Shown: positions 12,340 to 25,674 of the stretch, in pieces | Numbering within the stretch: the first letter of the stretch is position 1 | Layout of the letters: each line of letters opens with the position of its first letter | DNA from: Hydrolagus affinis | Taxonomy: Eukaryota | DNA length: 59,055 nucleotides | Reading direction: 5' to 3' | Assembly (NCBI GenBank): GCA_012026655.1 | Contig: JAAILG010000043.1 | Span: forward strand, 124,001-183,055 | The notes under the pieces: model-generated | What the model was told of the DNA's origin: nothing | The model's database searches: none | Seen by the model: only the letters and a program-made list of their open reading frames with translations | Position numbers and translations under genes: made by a program

Positions 12340-12983
12340 GTAAGACAGCTCCAGCTTTAGATACGAATTTATGGTTGTGCAGATCTAGCTACGGCTACAA
12401 ACAGTGCAAGCTAGTACAGTACAATGTTAATATGATGAGACTACATAATAACTTCACTATTGTCATGATGGAGTTGTTAACTTAATGTGTGGTCATTCCT
12501 GCTCTGAAACAGTCAAACCCTTCACATTGTGTTCAGTTAAACAGGTCATTCAGCCCAACTAGTCCATGCCAGTGTTTGCGTTCCACACAAGTCTCCACCA
12601 CTTCTAATCTGCTCTATTCCCTTTTCCCTCATGTGTTCATCAAACTTCTTGTTAAGTGCGTTGATGCTTTTTGCTTCAACCACAGCTTCCGGCAGTGATT
12701 TCCACATTTTCACCATCACTTTCAAATGAGTTCTTCCTATTAGACCTTCTTAGATCTGCTGACTTTCTTTTACTTATCCCTGTTTTAAACTGTTGCTGTA
12801 GTATTCTATGACTTGGTATCAACCCAAACTAACCTTAGCACCACAATGTTTATTGCACATTCAAAGTTTCTGTTTCAATTGCAAAGCGTTTCTTCATTGC
12901 CTTACCCTACCAATTTTGTGGCACACTATTTGTCCACCAGTTTACAGTATAGAACTTTGGAATGTCCTCCAAATGTGAAAGAC

Positions 12984-13220
12984 CATAAGATCATAAGAAT
13001 TAGGAGCAGAAGTAAGCCATTTGGCCTTTCGAGCCTGCCCCCGACATTCAATAAGAACATGGCTGATCTTCTGACCTAACTCTAATTACCTGCCATATCT
13101 CCTAATCCCTCTATTTTTAAAAAAATCTATCAGTCTCAGCCTTGAAAATGTTCAGGGACTGAGCATCCATAGCCTTTTGGGGTAGTGAATTCCATAAATT
13201 CACTATTCTCTGAGTGAGAA
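12984..13220 (-). mobile_element. CR1-type LINE 3' end (second subfamily)
   Basis: cataagatcataagaattaggagcagaagtaagccatt tail pattern. Confidence 0.65.
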
Positions 13221-13696
13221 AGGCATTGTATGAAACACTAGCATTTATTTCACAGCATTGAGCTGGGGAATGAGCAGATCTGAAAATATAAGTTTGTTCA
13301 GCCCTCTGCAGTATTTAATTCCTTTAAACTTTGACAGTCACAGCCAATACACTGAGTAGCTTGGTGAAAGCTCAACCAGAGGAAATGCTTCCCCACTCTT
13401 GCCCGTTACAACTTTTTGTGCAGCATAATCAATGTTCCCCAGCAATGATGTCCCTCACCTTTAATAAAAAAAATTGCTAATGCTTAGAGCAAACTTTCAA
13501 TATGTGTCAATATTTTTAAATCCCATTTGTACAATTTTCTTAATACTCTTACTCCTCAGAACCTATCTATCTACCCTTTAAGCATATTGATCAATTTTGC
13601 TTGTTCAGCCTTCTGGATGCATTAATATCGATTTCAATTTATTTAAACTGTGGTGGTTACAGTCTAATATTTGAACCTTTGGTCTCTCATCAACAG

Positions 13697-14517
13697 AATG
13701 CTCCTTTAGTGTTTGCTGGTATGGCTGATGGAATGGTTGCAATTTATTCATTGGCCAGTGATATCCCGAAGGACTACTGCACTTACATATGTTCACGTTC
13801 GGTAAACAAGTCCCGATTTAAGATCGCTGATGATGATCCTCGACAGAATGCGTACAAGGTGACTAACATGATAGCAGTGAACAATGGTTCCGAGGTGTGG
13901 TATAGTAATGGACCAGCAATCCTGATTGTGGACAGATTGACTACAGAAATAGTCAAGAGACTGGAAACTTATCGACCTCCTTCAAAGATCATATCGATGG
14001 CGTCCAGCCTGGGATGTAATGGAGAAGAGACCATCTGGTGTGTGGATGATAAGACAAATTCTTTGGTTATGTACCATGCTCCTACTTATCAAATCTGTGC
14101 CCATTATTTTTGTAACGACTGCAATCCACTGAGAGATATGTTTACAATCCAGCAGCCCATTAACACTGTGCCTGCCATTCTCAAGAAGGTGAATGAATGT
14201 GACACCCCTGGCGATGTCAGCATTATCATCAGCGAAGAGGTTGGGACACAGATACTAAGACATTCAGACTCCGTCACAGACTACTGCTCTATGTCCTCCT
14301 GCTCCTCCATGAGCAACAGAAATACCAGATCATCCTTTAGTGGTCTGAGCTCTCCAACTAGTCCCACAAGCATTCCTTTTTCTACTGACTGTGAAGAATC
14401 GTCAAACACTTCCCCTGACCAGCCTGAGAACATTGTTTCTCCGACAGCTAGAAAAGACTTAGAGCATTTACAGGCTGTGAATGTGCTTGCAGTAAATGAC
14501 ACTATCTGGATCCCAAG
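13697..14517 (+). CDS. LRRK1: LRRK1 large exon (WD40 plus Ser-rich loop)
   Basis: NAPLVFAGMADGMVA...GSEVWYSNGP...TDYCSMSS...HLQAVNVLAVNDTIWIP; caacag|...|gtaggt. Confidence 0.96.
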
Positions 14518-14884
14518 GTAGGTGCTTTATCAGCTTCGGTCTAGTTTGTATGAGCTCCAACCCCAGTAACAATACAGATTGAATATTCTGCAAATGGATA
14601 TTATGAATATTAATGAATCTCTCTGCCCAATGTTTCATTCTGCAATTTCCTGCCTCCAGTTTGTCATTCCTCTAAATTTGATATCATCATCCAACTGAAA
14701 ATAAGTTCTCTTTCATGCCCTCCCCTTAACACCGATTGGAGGTCAGTGGAGGTCCCAGCACAGACTCTCTTACAGAGCACACCAACTAACTACTGATCTG
14801 AGAAGCATCCATTTATCCCTCCTCTCAGGCTTCTATCTTTCACCAGTCTACCCCATCTTTATCAATAATTTATCTTTAATACCA

Positions 14885-15145
14885 TGACCCCAAAGTTTCA
14901 CCTAGTCCCCGCCATTAGTTCATCCCATTTTGGCTTACAATTTGAGATTTGCTGTATTGTAGAGTATTTTTCTATTAATTCTTAAATTCTGAGTTTATTT
15001 TAAGAATTGTGAAAATTACCAGCTTCCAAATGATTATTATTTTCATTATTAAAATGAATATAACAGCTGAAATTAAGAGTTCTTACAATCTTAACTTTTA
15101 AGACAAAAAGATCTGACAAGCTAAGAACTAATGGAATTTCAGGCC
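14885..15145. mobile_element. MITE-like element, same family as 1307-1536
   Basis: Reverse complement begins ggcctgaaattccattagttcttagcttgtcagatctttttgtcttaaa. Confidence 0.4.
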
Positions 15146-16589
15146 TTGTGAGCCTTTATTTTCTCAATCAGTCTGGAAGGATGAGATCAAATCGACGGGT
15201 GGGCCTTGTTTATCTAAATCTCTCTTGTGATTCTGAACTCCATGGGGTCAGATTGATCAGAAATTTGCCAATAACTTTAATGTAGCACGTGTGGCTTTTA
15301 TCTGAGCTTCGCCTGATTGCTCTGCTCACACTCTCTCGCAGATCTCGTTAAACCATCTTATCTCCTAAAATAAACATTTAGTGCAGCTTTTGTCGTTAAA
15401 GTCAATACATCTCATTTAGAAGATTTAGCACCTTGGGAATTATTTTATATAAGCTAGGGATTCTTATCTGACCTGAATTTGTTTCTTACTGAAGCGCACA
15501 GTCCTTCATTCCTAAGTGACTAAATGTAGTACAAAATGTGCCATGCTGAAAATCCCATTGGCTCCATAATCAATTCACCAATTGTGTGTTATGGGTTCAT
15601 TTGGCCCTGTACTTTGCTGAGCTCCCTCGTCTGTGTGCCAGAACTTAATCTGGGGAATGAACTATCAGTGAGTGTAAGTGAAAAATCGATGTACACGGAT
15701 AGAAAAACTGTATGATGGTTATTGGAGGAATGGAAGCCCGAGAGTGCTTTAGAGTGAGGTTCAAAGGAGCATCAACCAGAGAAGTATTATCAATGCAGAG
15801 GAAGATGAAAATTTTTATAATTAATTGAATGCTTCGTACTTTTGCTTCAAATCATGTTAAATGCAGTGATTGAATGTGTCAGTCCAGAGTGTAATTTTGA
15901 TAACACAATCATACATACAGTTTTGTAATTTTAGCAATGATTTGGATATTTGATGTCCCAACAATACCAAAATCAACATGCAGGTTAAAGAGTAAGTTGG
16001 GTTTTTAGCTGGGCAATTTTTCTTTGGCATACAAACTACAAAGGTGGAACTACACAACACCTTTATATATATTTTAAAAAGTTCTCTTATTCAATATTGA
16101 AATGGATGTTAATTTAGAGCTCACTGCGTGCAAGGCATTATTTTAGGGCCCAAATGGGAAATAAGGGTTTTTGGCATTCGCGTTCATTTCAAGTTTACGC
16201 AAGAGAAAATTGCATTAACTATTACTGAATCACTAAATACTTTTTACTATGTTAGTCACAATTAATGTGTGTTGAATGAGGATGTTTGGAACCTTTACAG
16301 CACCTCATGTGAGAGTGACCTTGAGGAGTCCTGTAAACAAATGGGTATTGAACAAACATGGAGCCAAAAAGTGTCTAACTCTCCATCAGATAGTTAAACA
16401 TCTGACTTGAAGCAGGCAGACTGAGAAATGACTGTTGTTGGTAACACTGCTAAACAAAGTTTGGCAATGTTGATAGGTGCTGCAATCCTGGAAAATATTT
16501 TTTTAAATGAATGTCCAAGAGCAATAAAACGTAAGTTTTGCACCCTATTCTGGGGTGGAAAGGATACCAGAGTCAATGTTATATGTTTG

Positions 16590-16800
16590 GGACACAGCTG
16601 TGCGCAATTGACTGCCGCGTTTTGCCCACAAAAATAGAGTCAATTCACTTTACAGTACATTCTGAGAAGCGCTTTGAGACATCAGCACCTTGGAACGACC
16701 TCCCGACATGAAAGGCACTCTATAAATGCAATTTTGTTGTTGTTGTTGTCCAGAAGATGTGAAAAGTGCTATATCAAATGGAAGGATTATTGCTATTTAT
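16590..16800 (+). mobile_element. SINE 3' half interrupted by an L2 tail (16684-16748)
   Basis: gctgtgcgcaattgactgccgcg core; L2 stem-loop plus (GTT)n lies between gagacatc and tccagaagatgtgaaaag. Confidence 0.75.
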
Positions 16801-16888
16801 TAATGTGACCAGTTTTAAAGTGTCACCATTTTTTACCTTTATTTTTTATAATACATAGATGGTTGAGACGAGGGGCAGCTATAGCAAG

Positions 16889-16980
16889 AATAATAATAAT
16901 CCTTGCATTTGATGTAGCGTTTTTCACCTTTTCTAGACGTCTCAAAGTGCTTCACAGAATATGCTGTGAAGTGAATAAGG
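16889..16980 (-). mobile_element. SINE 3' tail fragment
   Basis: Close to the reverse complement of 18264-18351. Confidence 0.8.
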
Positions 16981-17820
16981 GCAGGGATTAATGTTAATTT
17001 TGCTGATAAGGAGAGCAGATCAGCATGTTTAGAAAACAAGAGAGTTAATAATAATAATATCAATATAATAATTACTGAGGGATTTTAACAGAGGGGACAA
17101 CACAAAATGTCTTGAATCTTAGCTTTGGAATATAATTTAATTTAAAGAAAAGATCTGGCAATCTTCAGTCAGTCATGATTAATGATAATGAAATCATTTC
17201 CCTTCCCCACCTCTGCTAATGGGTAAAATACAATTTACAGTACATTTCTATAGCACTTTTCACATTGTGAGAAAGTCAAAGTGCTTTTCACAGGTGACTG
17301 GTCATCCCAACTTGTGAGGTGAGGGTTGTGTGGGGAGGGGTACACATTTATTCTTTCTTGTTCCAAGATATTACTGTAAATTTGCCCGCATTCATATTAA
17401 CTTGTGCATTTGGAATCAATGCAAATAATCCAAAGGAAGCATTTACGCAGCACTTCCATTTTTACACGTTCAAAATTTAGGGGAAATTATAGTCATGGGA
17501 TTGTATCACTTCCCTTACAAAAAATAGAGGAATACAAAGGAACACTTCTGCTCAAAGAGAGATTCAATACTGAGCCCTGATAAAGGCTCGAGGAGTCAGA
17601 TGATACTTCCTGATAAAATGGGCTGAATGGCCTCTTCCACATTGTACATTTCTATGGTTCTAGTCTCCACCACCTATAGCGGGTCTTTATTTACTTGTTC
17701 TGTTTTCTCTGGACTTGGCAACTGTATTTTTATACATGGTATGATGTCTGGTCATTGTCACATCTAATGGTCTGCCTTAAAGCCCGCTTATCAGTGCGTA
17801 TTTTCATTTGTTTTTTCTAG

Positions 17821-17922
17821 GCGATGCGGTGATATCATTGTTATTGAACTGGAAAATCAGGCTGGTTCCCAACGAGGAAAAGTAATGGCGGTGTTGAAAG
17901 CTGAACCCTCGATTAAAGATGG
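17821..17922 (+). CDS. LRRK1: LRRK1 penultimate exon (WD40)
   Basis: Hand translation (R)RCGDIIVIELENQAGSQRGKVMAVLKAEPSIKD; ttctag|...|gtaagt; 102 nt, phase 2-2. Confidence 0.93.
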
Positions 17923-18044
17923 GTAAGTGGGTGAGAAAGAAATGGGAAGCCCCTTGGTGATCCTCATAACACAAGTTACAGAAAATAGCTTGTTTTCCAA
18001 ATGCCTTTTATTGTGACTAACTTGTGGCAATGTATCATTACATT

Positions 18045-18348
18045 GAAGAGTCCTGTAGCTCAGTGGTTAGAGCACTCGCCTTGCAAGCGTGATTCCTGTG
18101 TTCGAATCCAGGCAGGTCAGAGCGAAAGCTTGGGCAAGTTTCCTTACTTCACATGCCTAATAATAATCCCTCAAAAAAAAATTGGTCATTTCAAACGATG
18201 ACTGTTTGTGGGACACTGCTGTGTGCAATTAGCTGCCGTGTTTCATCCACAAATATACAATCAATTCACTTTACAATATATTCTGTGAAGCTCTTTGAGA
18301 TGTCTAGAAGACGTGAAAAGCGCTATGTCAAATGCAAGGATTATTATT
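18045..18348 (+). mobile_element. Full-length tRNA-derived SINE (~300 bp)
   Basis: A box tagctcagtgg, B box gttcgaatcc, Deu-like core, stem-loop and (ATT)n tail; attacatt repeated on both flanks. Confidence 0.9.
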
Positions 18349-19145
18349 ATTACATTATGGGATGGAATGCTTCTACCTGTTTAAGAGCAGTTATTACAGA
18401 TATTTAATCCTGGGTGAGAGAAAAAGTACTTCATCCCAAATCTGAGGTCCGACTGCAGTAGATTTAAACTTCAATAAATTCATTAGGGTTTAAACGATAT
18501 CCAGGAAACTGTTTAAAAGGAATCATGGTTTTAACCGTTTTTAGATATTTGTTCCTTCAGGTGCTGCAGTATCTGATTTGATTTTTACAAGCATTGTAAT
18601 ATTGTAAATGCTTCAGAAAAAAGGAAGAACTTTCTGTTTCAGTGCATATGTTGAAACATCTCAAAATGTTTTACAACAATTACTCTTGAGTCCAGTTTTG
18701 GAGGAAATATATAGCAGCTATTTTTCACATAGTTATGTCCCTCAAACGGCAATGAAGTAAATGACCATTGTAATATTCCCCCAGTATAGTTATCAAGTGA
18801 GCCAGGCTGGCGTAGTTTATTTCTTCTCTTTACTCCTCAAACCAGACAATATTTTTTCTGGTGTGGAACTCAGTGGTAATGTTCTCCAAACAAGCAAAAC
18901 TATTTCCATTCAGTTACTATCCAGGCTATAAAGTGCAAAACAGGATTATCAGAAGACTCGAACTCCAATGAGGAATTTTATCAATGGCATCATAGCTTCT
19001 TGAGCTGAGCAAACAAAGATATAGCAATAATGTGAAATATTTGACAACTACTATTACTCTGTTTTGTTTTTCACTGGGAAATATTGGTACAGGCTTTACT
19101 ATATACGCATGAAATAACTTTGTCCATTCCCTCCCCCATCCCCAG

Positions 19146-19323
19146 TACACTAGTAGAAGCTGCTGTTGTGGGAAAGGATACCGTAGTTTGTTGCTTTCGA
19201 AATGAAAATAGAGAGTGGTGCCTGGCTGTCTGGAGAGGCTGGGGATCTAGAGAATTAGAACTCTTCTATCAATCCTATGAAGAGCTGGGAAGACTTGAAA
19301 TAAGTACGCGTAAGCGGAGGTAG
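19146..19323 (+). CDS. LRRK1: LRRK1 terminal coding exon
   Basis: (G)[58 protein letters not shown]; cccag| acceptor; TAG at 19321-19323. Confidence 0.96.
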
Positions 19324-19500
19324 TCTAATCAGCACCTCAATCAAACTACTGTGGGCAAGAAAGACTGTGAGGAGTGAAGAGAAGCTACTTCAGACGAAGG
19401 CAAAGTAGAAAATACTTCAATCGACAGCACATTCATTGTAAAAAGGGACTGTCTTGCGGACACTTTGAGAAATCTATATTCAAACTATCAGGCTGCTAAT

Positions 19501-19931
19501 AATAAAACAAATCAAGCATATTGCAATAAATGAGAAAAAAAAGGAGAAAAACTCAGATGAAGTGTTTTTTTTCCCCAAAAAAGGCTTTCATTCAAAATGG
19601 AACTTTTGTTACAGTCTTGGCCAGTGAAAACAATGGACATGGTTAATCTGCTGCTTGACGTTTTAAGAGTTGTTTAACTCAGTTGCTGGAAATAAGAAAT
19701 AATCCACATGTTAACCCTTGTGTTTGGCACCCAGTCTTGCTGAATATGCAGATGTTCACATTTCTACAGTTACCTAACAGTACACTTTCCATCTAAGTTG
19801 ACAAATGTGTTTTGAATTCAGATTGCGGAAACTGTTTGCAATAAAAATGTGTCTTCTTAAAAACGTAACTCTGTTTCCGTGCCATCCAGGGATCTGGATG
19901 AAACGGGATGCTGTATTTATTGTGCAATAAA
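19501..19931 (+). terminator. Candidate LRRK1 polyadenylation signals
   Basis: AATAAA at 19501, 19525, 19840 and 19926; which is used cannot be told from sequence. Confidence 0.5.
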
Positions 19932-20769
19932 TGTTGTGGCTAAAAGAAATGAATTCTGCCTTTGTGAGTACAAGTACTCAGTGTAACCGCGTGAAGGATT
20001 AAATTCCAGGGGATGGAAATCTTAAGAGATACGAATACAGCCGAGAATTTGTTTCTAACTTTTTGCTTGACACTGATTTGTGCAAATGATAACTTCTGTT
20101 CAGAATTTTCGTTAAATGGCAACGACTGTGTTACCTTTTGCTGTGAGCCAAGCAATATGAGCAACTTGTACAGCCAAGCAATCCAGGAAAACGCTGTTCA
20201 GTTTCTGGGTAATTAGGCTCTCTGTTAAACATTTGACTGCCGTGCAGCCCCTTTCTTCCATTCCCCCAACATATTCATTCCCCTGCAAAATTCACCTACA
20301 TTTTTAGGTCATCCTGGCAAACGCTGCAAGACATGTTAACAACACTATATTAAATGCAGATAATTCTTATTTTTCTTGAGGTCATTGCATTAATTACATT
20401 CGAAACATAATAAATTCCCTTAAGCGATCTGAACAAATGGGAGGGGAAGGCGAAGAGGGTGGTAATCACTCACATACTGAAGTGGATGGGAGTGAGCTGA
20501 AAGATCGCCAACTCAATTGCAATTTTTTTAAAAAAACTTATCATTACGATTGATACAATCACGTCCTGTACAAGGTTACCCTATTCCACCTGGGTGAACT
20601 AGTTCAAAAAGTTCAATCCGAAAGAAAAAAAAGAAAGTTTTCTTTAATATCATACAAGACCTTTTATATTTGGCCAAAAAAATAAATTTTCTTGTTGAAT
20701 ATTTCTTGATTTATGCCACAAGCGAATGTTCGGGGGTTGGGTGGTGGGGGGATCGCTTCTTGACGACCC

Positions 20770-20813
20770 AAAGAGCCAATTTCGGCCCGGGGTCCACAGA
20801 TTGGCCACCACTG
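20770..20813 (-). mobile_element. hAT/Charlie-like DNA transposon terminus
   Basis: Minus strand CAGTGGTGGCCAATCTGTGGACCCCGGGCCGAAATTGGC resembles hAT non-autonomous element ends; partner end not found. Confidence 0.45.
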
Positions 20814-22919
20814 ATGAAAGAAAATGTCAGTCACCAATGAAAACATGATCAGGGAGCTTGCATAATTGATTTTTACTTCAAGAATTCTTTGCGTTGAATC
20901 AACTGAAGGATTTAACTCTGAGTGCTCATTTCATTGCAGGCATTATTTGAAAGTCTTAATCTGGTTTAGATACCAGATAAACTTGGCTGGTTGTCCACAC
21001 GAGTCACTGCTGCCCAAAGCAAACCCAACATAATTGTTAAGAGACTTTTAGCTTTTCTGTTTAATCTACGGTTGCGATTCATTGGACCAAGCTTACAACA
21101 GCTTGTATTAGCAGCTCTCAATGGTAAGAGCTGCTCATGCCAATTTACTGAAAATCAAGCAATGCACTTCTAGTTCATTGGGCGGCAGCGAATCCGCTTA
21201 TGTAATGTACACAACTTAAACACAAGGGAAGTTTTGAACGTCTCATTTGAATTTTATATCGGCTGCACATGCAGGAAAAGTGACCATTTGTAACTGAATG
21301 CATTATATTATAATCAGCACACTGCCTGGGGAAAATAGAGAGAAAATAAAATAATTTGATACACAACTAACACAATTTTCCAGGAAACAGCTGTATATAC
21401 CACAGCAGGAATGTAGGTACCAGGAAAGCAGTTTCAGAACGTCCCTGAACCAAGCCAACTATCTACAATACCTTTGCAACGAGTATTTGGTTACAGTTGG
21501 TCCTGTTTCCATTTCTGCATTGCCAAAAAAAAAACTCCAAGTTTGCATCTGTTGCTTGCATTTTATGCACTGTCCTCCAAACTGAATAATGGGAGAAGTT
21601 GACACACGTATTGTGTGGGCCACACCCATTTACTGTAATAAGAATATATCACAAAACACTGTGTACAGCCCAAGTTTGAATAAACGCTGCACTATACAAC
21701 ATAAGCAAGTTAAAATATGTATGTTTTTAAATATGTTCATAAATGATGCAAAATGATAGGAGATTTCCTGAGTACCAATGAGCCTCCCTCTGCAAGTGTG
21801 GTCAGCTGTAGTGAAGCGAACGATTTATAGTTAGGGCTAGTTACATCCCTTGAGAAGTAATTGATTCTCTTGGTCGTGCTACAGCAATTACCATTGGAGC
21901 ATATGATTCATGGATGGCCATTCAAAGTCTGTAGAAGTGAGTATACAGGGACCACAAGTTATGTCCCTAAGGGTAGAGAAGATAGAATGCACATCTATGT
22001 TCTTGAATGCATACTTTACTGCATTCTAATATGACAATTAATCAAGTTGTGGTCTGTTGTCACGGTTCTTATCCAGAATCAGGAAAATCTGATTAGAATC
22101 TCACAAGTTACTTAGGGCAATTCTGAATCAATCTTCTATAATTGTAATAACGTTTACAGAAATTGCCAAATTACCAAAAGTTTCACAAAATCGAAATCAC
22201 ACTGACTTAATTGAAAAGTCCTTGAGTACTCGAAGCTTTCATTCTAACGATTAAGGCTGTGACTGAAGGCAACTCGAATAAAATTTGGAAACAAGTTTTA
22301 ATTGGTCGCTTCGTGAGAACACATCACATTGGAGAGTGAAACACTGAGCTAAGACTCATACGATTAGTGCACCACACTTTGCAAGTACACTCTATAAACC
22401 AGCTATAGAGAAAAATTGTACCTGGGACCAGGTTTACTTCTATGCACCATTTCATAGCATCCAAAACTTGGTAAATTCTTTCACAAAGCCTTAATTTTAA
22501 AGCCGATTTTTCTCCCGAGTTCTTTCGAGACATAAACCAGACTCCAAAGTTGGTTCTACATTTATCAGTCAGACCCTGTAAAATGCTCCATAAGTTGATT
22601 AAATCTAGACCAGGTAGAACTTTCACTAATAACTATTAACCATTTCTAACAGTTGCTGTTTATAAGCTGATATGTCAATACAATGAGGCAAGCAATGATA
22701 ATCAGAGCAGAGCACTGCAAAAAGTGTTTGTCTAGGCAACAAGATGGAAACTCGGACGAATTCAATGTATGATTACGACACTGTTAACATGAACTACATA
22801 CATACTGTGTCTGGTTAGCAAAGGATTTTCCAGATAGAGTAAGACAGTTGCAAATATCAATTGCTGTGAGAAAAATGAAAGATTCTGAGCTTCTCAGGTC
22901 ATAGAAGTAGTGCTGGAAA

Positions 22920-23100
22920 CAGATTCGATGATAGCTTTCCATAGGGAATAGGATATGTACTTGAAAAGGAAACACTTACAGTGCTAAGGGGTAAGAGCGG
23001 GAGAGTGGGATTAGTTAGATAGCTCTTTCAAAGAGCCAACAAAGGTACAATGGGCCGAATGGCCTCCTTCTGTGCTACAAGATTCTGTGATTCTATGAAT
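22920..23100 (+). mobile_element. CR1-type LINE 3' end
   Basis: gctctttcaaagagcc...gggccgaatggcctccttctgtgct...attctgtgattctatg; same family as 5254-5540. Confidence 0.8.
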
Positions 23101-25674
23101 CAGGCCAATGCACAGCCAGAATGCTCACAAAGTACACATTGTGCAAACCGTAGATTTGTGTACACACATATGAACTATATATGTGGCCAAACGCCAATGT
23201 TAAAGAAGCTCATTGTCTTCCCAGTGACAACAAGTAGCTTTGAAAGTCTTTGAAAATAATGCAGGACACATTTATTGTCAGAAAAAACAATTCCTCCCAG
23301 ATTTCAGCTGCCGGCTAAAAACGAGCGTAATTCATCTGGTTTCACTTATTTTTCTGTGCTGAGCAATGCTAAAAGGAAACACACAGGAAGATTTGAGTAA
23401 AATATAGAAATACAACAGCAACAAAGCACATTGATATTCCTACTTTCTGTTACAATACTGACAAGAATGCTTACGTTTGAGGTAGCTTGTGTGAAATATT
23501 AAAGCTTGATACGTACTATGTTTTTAAGATTAGAATAAGCAGTGCAATAATTAGTCATTGTTCAAAACCAGTAAAGCAGATTAAATAGGGACATAACCTT
23601 GGAGACAGTCAGGACACAATCCTTTGACTTGTGTGAAAGTCTGGGAACGTCTGGATGTCAAATGCACATAAATTACGATTCTCTATCATATGAGTGAAAG
23701 AATGCTTGGAACTCAAGCACCACCAGTAAGAAATCCTGTTTGTTTTATTAGACTGGAATATCTACAGAATCTCTGTACAGCTTGTAAATTAATTACAAAA
23801 TCAAATTATTAAGTGATAGCTAGTACAAGCCAATTAACATATTTATTTTATCTACTCATAAATATTGCTATGGGGAGATAGATAAATATTATTTGACTTA
23901 ATTAAACAATATATTTTATTTTGATTGCTTGCAATTCAGTTTATTTTTAGAAATTGTCTTTCATAAAACAAACACTCCCTCGAAACTGTAACTGTTTGCT
24001 TTACTCGCTCAGTAAGAAACAGAACTTTATATGGGTTTTGTGGGAAATGTCAAGTGCTTTAAAAGGTAACATCGTTCCTCATATTTCTTCTTACATATCA
24101 GCATGAATGATTGCACTGCACCTTAAGCAATCGGTTGAGTAATTCTCTATCTCACTGCAAGAAGTGATCTTGTTGCACCCATCAATCCGTCAAGTACTCC
24201 TTAAACGTGGTCAATCACTCAATGAACTTGCATGTGATCACATCACAGCACAAAACTTGCATTTGTTTATATCACATTGTATCAGGTGTATCAGGCCAAT
24301 GCGAGCATCAGTGCACAATGCTTGGAGCCATCTCTGAACGATATTTGAGCATCTGAAATTCACAATTTACTGAAATTTATAAATAAAATTATTGTAATAG
24401 GGAGGAAGGAGTCACTGGTTAGATACAATCTCGAGGATTATATTATATGTCTAAGTACCATCATGGATTTAAATATCATCTGATACTACATCATTCATGG
24501 TTTACCATTTTTAACCTTTCAGCTTCCTATATTCCAAGACAACATGTTTATGTGAAGTTTTTGTTGGAGTTGTGAAATATGAATTCAGTCACGATTATTA
24601 CAATAATAGCAGTCGCTCCCCCATCACCCAGAGGATTCAATTCATGCAATTTTATGGTCTTGACAGTATTTTTAAATCATCAATATTAAAAGAGAATGAT
24701 TCGCTCAAATGTTTGCATCACCAAGGACAGCAGAGGGAGCTGTAGATTAAAACAAAGGTGCCACATATGAAGATAGTCTAGTGAAACGCTTTTTATTTAA
24801 CAACAATCAAGTGTTGGTAACCACTTAAAAAGTTCTTTTCAGAATCAAAAGTACCACGAATGTCCTGTATAAATGTATCCATTCTACGTTTCTTTAAAGT
24901 GTAATAAAATGAAACTAATTGGTATAAACCACGGTGTGAATATTCCTTACGTCTGTGTATTTTAACAGCAATCGTTCCAGTAAAAACACTACGAGTTATA
25001 CTGGTATAGAATTCCCTCCTCTTTATTTAAAGAGAAACGCCTGACTGGTGTGACTTGTATAATCTAAGGTCTAATATGCAGTGATTTCTAACAGGATTCC
25101 TTAATAAGCAAACCAAATATATTTCAGGTTGCTCCACCAAAGGTGAGAAATTATTGAAAGATTTGTTTCAGGAAATTATCCAAATCAAAAACTGATCCCA
25201 CCATAATACTATAAATCTCTGCATTTGATATTGCACCTTATCCAGTCTTCTAGACGTCTCAAAGCACTTCACAGAATATACTATAATACTGTTAATTAAT
25301 AATATGCCTTGTATATAACCAAGCTAAATGTGTAAGTAAAGGTGTTAAGTTCAGAGTCCACACCTACTGTAACAATTGCAAGCATTATTATTATTATTAT
25401 TATTATTACTACTTCACATTATTACTCAATCTGCTTTAAAGGTTTAAGTTGTGCTTTATAGTAATGCTGGAATTAATGCTTCTGATTTGCCAGAAATAGC
25501 ATTGCAGGCTCAACACTTGAGCAACTCTCAGAAGTTATTTTTGTTTTAACACAGCCCTCAGATGAAGGGCATCCCTCCGATTCCAAATTGATCCAAATAC
25601 AAAAATGCTGCAGTTATGCAGTTCAATGTTTCCACATGGCTCCGCTGCACCAAACGCTCTGGTGTTATTCTTGT

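Noticed and set aside
18048-18120. tRNA gene (Ala-TGC-like)
   Set aside because: Head of a multi-copy SINE; no proper acceptor stem, and it runs directly into the SINE body.
24095-24352. Minus-strand exon-like frame with three in-frame TGA codons (selenoprotein idea), plus a ~60-codon open frame on the plus strand
   Set aside because: Three stops in ~85 codons is the random expectation; no SECIS or homology recognised.
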